A stretch of 58,701 nucleotides of DNA from Hyphomicrobiales bacterium (GTDB lineage: Bacteria > Pseudomonadota > Alphaproteobacteria > Rhizobiales > CAJQND01). The stretch is taken from the NCBI GenBank assembly GCA_051010055.1, contig JBPCVY010000032.1, positions 1-58,701 of the forward strand. The letters run 5' to 3'. Positions 50,597-58,701 of this stretch are shown in pieces. A model generated the notes under the pieces. The model was not told where the DNA came from. It saw nothing but the letters and a program-made list of their open reading frames with translations, and did no database searches. Position numbers and translations under genes: made by a program. Each line of letters starts with the position of its first letter. The first letter of the stretch is position 1.

Positions 50597-51291
50597 TGTT
50601 GAGTGTCTCCCAAATCGAAACGTTTTATGGGGAAACCCAGGCTCTGTTCGGGCCATCGATTACGGTCGGCCAAGGCGAAGTGGTTGCGCTTTTGGGCCCA
50701 AACGGCGCCGGCAAGACAACCACTTTGCGCTCAATCCTCGGGCTGACACCGCCACGGCGCGGACATATCCGCTTTGATGGCGCGGACGTCACAGAGCGCA
50801 CAACCCACGAGATCGCGCGCATGGGCATTAGCTGGGTGCCAGATGACAGGCGTATTTTCCCGACCCTTACGGTTTCCCGCAACCTGCAAATTGCGATGAA
50901 GAAAACCCGCTTCCGATCATGGAAGCTGTCGGAAATGTTCGGCATTTTTTCAGCTCTTGAACATCTGATGAGTAGAGAGTGTGAAAACCTTTCCGGCGGC
51001 GAAATGCAAATGGTGGCGATCTCGCGCGCGCTTTTAGGCTCGCCCGGCCTGGTGTTGTTCGATGAACCCAGCCAGGGACTTGCACCAAAAATCGTCCAGG
51101 ACGTAATGGCAACCATCCGCAAACTCAAAAGGGAAGGAATTTCGGTTCTGGTGGTTGAGCAAAATGCGCTGGCAGCTCTTGAAGTGTGTGACCGGGTCTA
51201 TGTCATGGATCGCGGCCGCATTATTCACGAGGGCGCGGCTGAAGAACTCCTCAAGAATGCTCCGCTCAGGCGCAAATTGATCGGGATGTGA
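50596..51291 (+). CDS. ABC transporter ATP-binding protein (LivF-like)
   Basis: Walker A GPNGAGKTT, signature LSGGEMQM, and Walker B VLFDEPS. The ATG overlaps the upstream TGA. Confidence 0.92.
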   Translation: MLSVSQIETFYGETQALFGPSITVGQGEVVALLGPNGAGKTTTLRSILGLTPPRRGHIRFDGADVTERTTHEIARMGISWVPDDRRIFPTLTVSRNLQIAMKKTRFRSWKLSEMFGIFSALEHLMSRECENLSGGEMQMVAISRALLGSPGLVLFDEPSQGLAPKIVQDVMATIRKLKREGISVLVVEQNALAALEVCDRVYVMDRGRIIHEGAAEELLKNAPLRRKLIGM

Positions 51292-51294
51292 GCC

Positions 51295-51918
51295 ATGACA
51301 GCAATGCTTGAAGTGAAGGGATTGGAAAAGATCTACACGGCGGGGCACTTCTCGAAAGTGGCCACCTTCCGCCTAGCGGCTGATTTCACAATCGAAAAAC
51401 CGGGCATTATCGGCCTTATGGGACCGAACGGTTCCGGTAAAACGACGCTGTTTGAACTGATTACCGGTTCCAACGCGCCAACCGCCGGAGAGGTTCTGGT
51501 TGAGGGGCGCAATATTCACCAGATCCGCACCGATGAACGTGACCGCCTTGCGATCCATTATCACCAGTCATACCAGGTAAGGCATTTTCGTTCCTTGAAA
51601 CCGAATTTCCTTATGGAGCGCGCCGGCGCCGACTATCCAGTTGTGCATCTTTTTGATGAACCCCAGTTCAACACCCAGGATGGATATATCGGTTTTATGC
51701 TCGATTTCTTCCGAAAGCTGCGTGATGAAGACCGGCTGGTTTTCCTGTGTGTGCACCCGAATGAGCGTTTCCATCTCGAAATTCTGAAAGAAATTTGCGA
51801 ACGGTTTTTCTTTGTCCAGCAAGGAACGGTTACTGCAGTACCTGACTTTGACAGCCTGGTTGGGCTCGATCCGGTGAAAAATTATCTGGGCGAATTGCTT
51901 AGCGAGCAGGCCGCATGA
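51295..51918 (+). CDS. Atypical ABC-ATPase-like protein lacking the LSGGQ signature
   Basis: Walker A GPNGSGKTT, Q-loop-like HYHQSYQ, Walker B VVHLFDEP and H-loop-like CVHP are present. No LSGGQ-type motif lies between the Q-loop and Walker B. At 207 aa it is shorter than LivG or LivF. It is translationally coupled on both sides. Confidence 0.72.
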   Translation: MTAMLEVKGLEKIYTAGHFSKVATFRLAADFTIEKPGIIGLMGPNGSGKTTLFELITGSNAPTAGEVLVEGRNIHQIRTDERDRLAIHYHQSYQVRHFRSLKPNFLMERAGADYPVVHLFDEPQFNTQDGYIGFMLDFFRKLRDEDRLVFLCVHPNERFHLEILKEICERFFFVQQGTVTAVPDFDSLVGLDPVKNYLGELLSEQAA

Positions 51919-52241
51919 TGGAAACCTTGACCAGAAACGCATACCGGGTGCCGGTCGACTTCAGAAAAATTGAAAAAGACTGGACATCGGAAGGCTTCAG
52001 CTTCGGTGTGTTCCGCGATCCTCCGGGCCAGGAGTGGAACAATTTTGTGCACAGCACCGACGAGTATGTGCTGGTTGCGGACGGAAAGCTTGAAATGAGC
52101 GTCGGCAACGAACAGCTCACCGCCGGACCTGGCGATCTTGTGCGCATTCCAAAGGGCGCCAATCACTCCATCAAAACATTGTCGTCGCAGGGCAGCGTCT
52201 GGCTTTACGGCTACGGCCATTGGAGGCAGGACGATGACTGA
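51915..52241 (+). CDS. Cupin-domain protein
   Basis: 108 aa. …EYVLVADGKLEMSVGNEQLTAGPGDLVRIPKGANHSI… is a cupin beta-barrel pattern. The ATG overlaps the upstream TGA. Confidence 0.72.
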   Translation: MMETLTRNAYRVPVDFRKIEKDWTSEGFSFGVFRDPPGQEWNNFVHSTDEYVLVADGKLEMSVGNEQLTAGPGDLVRIPKGANHSIKTLSSQGSVWLYGYGHWRQDDD

Positions 52242-53238
52242 TGCACCACAAACAGCTGCCCTCATTGGCACGGGCATGATCAGTCTCTACCACCTTAGGG
52301 CTTGGCAAGCGGCCGGTGTTGATGTGGTGGCTGTGTGCGATGTTGACCGGGCAAAAGCAATGGCGCGCGCCGAAGAGTTCGGGATCAAGCGTGTCTATGA
52401 TAATCCCCAGGAACTGTTTTCCCACGGCGGTTTTGAAATGGCCGACATTGCCACGTCGGTTGAGGCCCACGCACCCCTTACCCGCATGGCCGCAGACCAT
52501 GGCGTTCACGTGATGCTGCAAAAGCCAATGACCGAAACAGTTGCCGAAGCCGAAGCGCTGGTGAGCGATGTTGGCGAGCGGGTCCGTTTCATGGTGCATG
52601 AGAACTACCGCTTCCGGCCCCACTATATGACGGTGCGCAAGTGGATTGACGAAGGACGCATCGGAACCCCGCGCCATGCAAGCATTGTCGTGCGTGGTTC
52701 CGGCCTTTGCCCCCGCCGGGGCGCTGATCCGTTCCTTGTAGAGCGACAACCGTACCTGAAGAATTTCAAACGCAATCTGGTGTTTGAAACCATGATCCAT
52801 CATCTCGATGTTTTGCGCCTGCTTGTGGGCCCGCTCAAGGTGGCGGCGGCCCGGCTGAACCGCCTTGCCGAAGGGCTGCCGGGCGAAGACACAGCAACAA
52901 TCCTGCTTGACGGGCCGGACGGATTAATCGCGACCGCCGATGGCTGCATTTGTGCCCCAGGCTATCCTGATTTGCATGGCGACCGCCTTGAAATCATCGG
53001 CACAAAGGGTACCGTCATTATGGATTATAACCGCGTGTTCCTTGCCGGTGCAGAAGAGGAGGCGGAAGAAGTGGACCTTCTTGGCCGTTATCAGGAATGT
53101 TTCGATTATGCGGTTGCCCAGTTCGCCGAGAGTGTTCGAAATGGTGCGCCGTTTGAAACCGACAGGCTTGATAATCTTGAAACATTGCGGCTGATGGAAA
53201 GCGTTTATGATGCCGCCGGCGTGGAGGTTTCGTCATGA
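52234..53238 (+). CDS. Gfo/Idh/MocA-family oxidoreductase
   Basis: …AALIGTGMISLYHLRAW… is the Rossmann N-terminus, with …VHVMLQKPM… as the EKP-like motif. The ATG at 52234 overlaps the end of the cupin gene by 8 nt. Confidence 0.87.
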   Translation: MTDAPQTAALIGTGMISLYHLRAWQAAGVDVVAVCDVDRAKAMARAEEFGIKRVYDNPQELFSHGGFEMADIATSVEAHAPLTRMAADHGVHVMLQKPMTETVAEAEALVSDVGERVRFMVHENYRFRPHYMTVRKWIDEGRIGTPRHASIVVRGSGLCPRRGADPFLVERQPYLKNFKRNLVFETMIHHLDVLRLLVGPLKVAAARLNRLAEGLPGEDTATILLDGPDGLIATADGCICAPGYPDLHGDRLEIIGTKGTVIMDYNRVFLAGAEEEAEEVDLLGRYQECFDYAVAQFAESVRNGAPFETDRLDNLETLRLMESVYDAAGVEVSS

Positions 53239-54062
53239 GCCGGCATGAATCCACCGCCCGGATTACACCGCAAGTCGAAACTACAAGACTTGACCAGCTG
53301 TTCGACCTTGCCGGCGTGCGCGTCTTTATTCCCGGCGGCTATGGTGCGCTGGGAGAGGCAATTGCCAGGGGTTTTGCCCATCACGGCGCGGCGGTGGCCA
53401 TTGCCGGGCCATCCGGTGAAAAGGCCAAGCACCTCGCAGACGACATTGCAAGCACCGGTGTTACCGCAATCGGCATGCAGCTTGATGCCCGCAAGCCCTC
53501 CGAAATTGATGCCGTTGTCGGCAAGGTTGCCAGTGAATTGGGCGGCATTGATGTGCTGGTCAACTGCGTCGGAATTCAGAAGGAGCAGAAGCTTCTCGAT
53601 GTCACCGAGGATGTGTTCGACGGCATTTATGAGACCAATCTGAAATCAGCAATGTTTCTAGCTCAATCGGTTGCCCGGCGGCAGATAGATGCCGGCAATG
53701 GCGGCAGGCATATCCATCTTCTCTCGGTGCGCTCCAAGCTTGCGCTGCGCGAACGCGGATACTCGGCTTATTGCGCCACCAAGGGCGGCCTTTTGATGCT
53801 CGTAAAGCAGCATGCTATGGAACTTGCGCCACACAACATCACCGTGAACGGGGTGGCGCCGACATTCATTCAATCTGACCGGATCCGGCCCCATCTGGAG
53901 CGCGGGGAATTTCACGACTTTATCTTGAAACGGAACCCGCTGGGCCGGATTGGCGACCCTATCGAGGTGGTTGGTCAAGTCATCACGTTTGCCGCAAATG
54001 CCGGCGCCTACATAACCGGGCAGGTGGTTTACGTGGATGGAGGCGTGACGGCGAGCCAATAG
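53235..54062 (+). CDS. SDR-family oxidoreductase
   Basis: …VFIPGGYGALGEAIARGF… (the cofactor motif is atypical, GGxGxxG) and YCATKGGLLML (YxxxK). ATGA overlap with the upstream gene. Confidence 0.88.
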   Translation: MSRHESTARITPQVETTRLDQLFDLAGVRVFIPGGYGALGEAIARGFAHHGAAVAIAGPSGEKAKHLADDIASTGVTAIGMQLDARKPSEIDAVVGKVASELGGIDVLVNCVGIQKEQKLLDVTEDVFDGIYETNLKSAMFLAQSVARRQIDAGNGGRHIHLLSVRSKLALRERGYSAYCATKGGLLMLVKQHAMELAPHNITVNGVAPTFIQSDRIRPHLERGEFHDFILKRNPLGRIGDPIEVVGQVITFAANAGAYITGQVVYVDGGVTASQ

Positions 54063-54273
54063 CCTGATTCACCGCTACGCATGATTTGAAGGAGCTAAAA
54101 CTTTGGTGGAGATAGCCATTGCCGTTTACTGAGGGGAGTGAGCAAAGACGTCTCCATCACGGGCCCGCTTTCGTTGCCACGACAGCCTGCCAGGAAAGAT
54201 TTCTGGGGGTTGATACGTAAAGCGTGTGGCGTGCGGCCGTTTTGACCGGTGGCCGCCGCCCGGCCCGCTTTTT

Positions 54274-55515
54274 TCAACCATCAGCTGGCGAAACAATCTC
54301 GACCGGCTCACCTACCCCCCTGAGCTCAAAGCTTCCCAGTTTTTCCCAGTTTATTGATGTGTGGCGGGCAAATTCGCTGCTTGCCAGAACATCGTGATGG
54401 AGTTCCTTGGTAAGGGCTTCAATGCGCGCCACCTCATTCACCGTCGGTCCAATCACCGAAAACGAAACGCGCTCTGGCAATCCGATATTGCCGAATACAA
54501 CATCGCCCAGATGCAGCGCCAAGCCAAATGACAAGGGCTCCTTGCCCTGTTCTTTCCTTACCTTGTTTACATGCTCAAGCTGGCTTTGCGCCTTGCGGCT
54601 TGCCTCAAGCACATGAGCGCACACATTCTCTGCTTCGCCATCACCATCTTCAAACGGGAAAATGGCAAGCACCGCATCTCCGATAAATCCGAGCACCTCC
54701 CCGCCCTCAGCGCGCACCGCCCCGCCGGTGCACTCAAAATATTCATTAAGCGTGTTGATATAGGTATCGCGCGGCAGTGTATCGGCCATTCGGGTTGAAC
54801 CCCGCATGTCGCTGTACCAGATGGCCGCGCGAATTGATTCACCGTCTCCGCGCTGGATTTGCCCCTGAAGAACGCGCCGACCGGCTCCGTTGCCGAGATA
54901 GGTGGAAACAACATTTAGGGCGATCTGCTCTTTGACCCGCAGCTTGCAGGCAACGCCAAGCCGCTTTTGCACGCGCTTCAATTCCTCAATTTCCTCGTCG
55001 GTGAAACCTTCCTTGCGCTTTGTTGCCCAGGAGCCAGCAACGCCATCCTCCGGCCCGCCGCCGAAATAAATCAGATAGGCGAAATAGTCGGTGAGGCCTT
55101 CTTCGCGGAAATCAGCAAGCACCGAAAATTTCCCGCACGCTTCTTCATCTTCGTCGAGCCGCCAGCGCTTGAGCTCAATTCTTTCATTTATCATGTAAAA
55201 GAGCGGGCTGCTGGAAAATGCCTGGCCCGGTTCATCGGCAGACCGGTGAGCATAGTCCTGCTTTTCAACTCCTCCAGGGCGCCAGGTAAGCCCGGTTGCT
55301 TCATAAAGCGGGTGCAAGACGCGGAACGTTATGTGGGCGCGGGCAACAGGAATGCCGGCTTCTTGCAAGCGCTCGCATGTTCCTTCAAACATTTCCTCAA
55401 GACTTGTTTCAGCAAGTGCCTGGCCAATAAGCCACTCAACTACATCACCAATCATTGATGACATGCTTCTGGATTGTGCACTATCCAGCTTCTGGTTTTT
55501 AGCGCTCCCAGACAT
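54274..55515 (-). CDS. Class III adenylate/guanylate cyclase with an uncharacterised N-terminal domain
   Basis: The C-terminal half, …AAIWYSDMRGSTRMAD…FIGDAVLAIFPF…GLALHLGDVVFGNIG…SVIGPTVNEVARIE…, is the CYTH-unrelated class III cyclase fold. Confidence 0.87.
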   Translation of the reverse strand: MSGSAKNQKLDSAQSRSMSSMIGDVVEWLIGQALAETSLEEMFEGTCERLQEAGIPVARAHITFRVLHPLYEATGLTWRPGGVEKQDYAHRSADEPGQAFSSSPLFYMINERIELKRWRLDEDEEACGKFSVLADFREEGLTDYFAYLIYFGGGPEDGVAGSWATKRKEGFTDEEIEELKRVQKRLGVACKLRVKEQIALNVVSTYLGNGAGRRVLQGQIQRGDGESIRAAIWYSDMRGSTRMADTLPRDTYINTLNEYFECTGGAVRAEGGEVLGFIGDAVLAIFPFEDGDGEAENVCAHVLEASRKAQSQLEHVNKVRKEQGKEPLSFGLALHLGDVVFGNIGLPERVSFSVIGPTVNEVARIEALTKELHHDVLASSEFARHTSINWEKLGSFELRGVGEPVEIVSPADG

Positions 55516-55609
55516 GACTACAGATTAGGCTTTTGCCGGCGCGGCGTCGATACTAACAATTTGGACAACGCGCCCCTACATTAATGTCAGGTCTCAAAGA
55601 CATGGAGCC

Positions 55610-56731
55610 ATGAGCATGAGCTGGTCCTTCTCCATCGGCCGTATCGCCGGAACTGAAATCCGGGTTCACATCACTTTCTTCTTGTTGCTGGCGTGGATTG
55701 CGCTTTCCTATTACCGCATTGGCGGCACTGACGCGGCGGTGCACGGCGTCATTTTCATTCTTGCGCTTTTTGCATGCGTTGTGGCCCATGAATTCGGCCA
55801 TATCCTTACAGCAAGACGATTTGGCATCAGAACGCCCGACGTAACCTTATTGCCGATTGGCGGGGTGGCGCGGCTTGAGCGCATGCCTGAAAAACCGGGC
55901 GAAGAGATATTGGTTGCGCTCGCAGGGCCTGCCGTAAACGTGGTGATCGCGGCGGTTTTGTTTCTGTTTGTGGGTGGCCGGTTTGACCCCTCCGTCCTCG
56001 AAGCCGTGGAGACCCCGGCGGCGGACTTTCTCACCAAACTTGCGATGGTCAACTTGTTCCTGGCGGTGTTTAATATGCTGCCGGCGTTTCCCATGGACGG
56101 CGGCAGGGTTTTAAGGGCTCTTCTGGCCTACAAATACAGCCGTGTTCAGGCAACAAACATTGCAGCCGTCATCGGCCAGGGATTAGCCTTCGGGTTAGGT
56201 TTTTTGGGATTGCTGGGCAATCCGGTGCTGATTTTCATCGCCATTTTCATTTATCTGGCAGCATCAGCAGAGGCGCAAGGTGAAAGCCTTTCGGCCTTGT
56301 CGCAGCGCCATTCCGCTCAAGATACGATGATTACGAAGTTCCAGGCGCTGAACCCGTCGTCCACGATTGGTGATGCAGCAGACGCATTGGTGGATACCAC
56401 CCAGCACGAGTTTCCGGTCATTGACGACAGCGGCAATCTTCTGGGGTTCCTCACCAAGGCCCGAATGATCCAAAGCCTGGCAAAAGAAGGCGGGGACGTG
56501 AACGTCATGGACGTTATGGAACGCGATGTACCGCTTGTTGATGCGGGCGCACGGCTTGGTGATGCAATTATTCCGCTCAGAGAGCGCCGGGCGCCGGCTG
56601 TCGGTGTCACAGGTAAAGATGGCAAGCTCGCAGGCTACATCACCTTGGAAAATATCGCAGAAATGCTGATGGTTGATACCGCGCTGGAAAGCGCAAGGCT
56701 TGCCGCCAAAAGAACGCCCAACGCGGCTTGA
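55610..56731 (+). CDS. Site-2 protease family (M50) metalloprotease with C-terminal CBS pair
   Basis: HEFGH zinc motif (…VVAHEFGHILTARRFG…), NxxPxxPxDG (…FNMLPAFPMDGGRV…), then two CBS-like repeats. Confidence 0.9.
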   Translation: MSMSWSFSIGRIAGTEIRVHITFFLLLAWIALSYYRIGGTDAAVHGVIFILALFACVVAHEFGHILTARRFGIRTPDVTLLPIGGVARLERMPEKPGEEILVALAGPAVNVVIAAVLFLFVGGRFDPSVLEAVETPAADFLTKLAMVNLFLAVFNMLPAFPMDGGRVLRALLAYKYSRVQATNIAAVIGQGLAFGLGFLGLLGNPVLIFIAIFIYLAASAEAQGESLSALSQRHSAQDTMITKFQALNPSSTIGDAADALVDTTQHEFPVIDDSGNLLGFLTKARMIQSLAKEGGDVNVMDVMERDVPLVDAGARLGDAIIPLRERRAPAVGVTGKDGKLAGYITLENIAEMLMVDTALESARLAAKRTPNAA

Positions 56732-56747
56732 TACATTGAAAAACTAA

Positions 56748-56780
56748 GGGCGGTGTCTCAGGCTATCTGAAACACCGCCC
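56748..56780. terminator. Strong hairpin between the convergent M50 protease and katG genes
   Basis: gggcggtgtctcag-gctat-ctgaaacaccgccc forms a 14-bp stem with one mismatch, followed by cggtttgtt. Confidence 0.6.
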
Positions 56781-56797
56781 CGGTTTGTTATGAACCG

Positions 56798-58701
<1,904 letters not shown>

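Overview
This 58.7 kb window looks like an alphaproteobacterial chromosome segment, judged by gene content and order. I saw no rRNA, tRNA, CRISPR array, IS or transposase, or phage genes.

**Housekeeping backbone**
- Heat-shock genes: hrcA (5'-truncated), grpE, dnaK and dnaJ, with sigma32-like promoter motifs.
- A minus-strand block: moeB, dut, coaBC, ubiB and ubiE.
- mutM, an enoyl-CoA hydratase and rpsT.
- About 1 kb of non-coding DNA, followed by dnaA, dnaN, recF and gyrB.

**Accessory modules between the housekeeping genes**
1. A visibly AT-richer methyltransferase / GT2 glycosyltransferase / methyltransferase cassette sits between dnaJ and moeB. Its first gene carries an in-frame TGA, and its third gene appears disrupted at the 5' end.
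2. Two tandem BTLCP (LapG-like) transglutaminase-like cysteine peptidase paralogs.
3. A divergent pair of operons: 2-hydroxyacid dehydrogenase with two-subunit aconitase X, facing an IlvD/Edd dehydratase with an SDR. They flank a 34-bp near-perfect palindrome, and no regulator gene is adjacent.
4. A 2-aminoethylphosphonate (AEP) locus. It holds AEP-type ABC importer genes, a LysR regulator and phnW-phnA-phnY. It also holds two unexpected genes: a SABATH-family (plant-type carboxyl/N) methyltransferase and a downstream Na/Pi cotransporter.
5. An OprB-type porin interrupted by an in-frame TGA.
6. An operon next to a divergent RpiR regulator gene, translationally coupled from the livM-like permease gene onward. 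It encodes a Liv-type ABC system, a third ABC-like ATPase that lacks the LSGGQ signature, a cupin, a Gfo/Idh/MocA oxidoreductase and an SDR.
7. A class III nucleotidyl cyclase, an M50/CBS protease and katG (5' end outside the window).

**Candidates for undescribed biology**
No canonical defence or mobile system is visible. The best candidates are the SABATH methyltransferase inside the phosphonate locus, the signature-less third ATPase operon, and the AcnX/IlvD cluster with its orphan palindromic operator.

All functional calls rest on my recognition of conserved motifs in the supplied translations. No database search was run.
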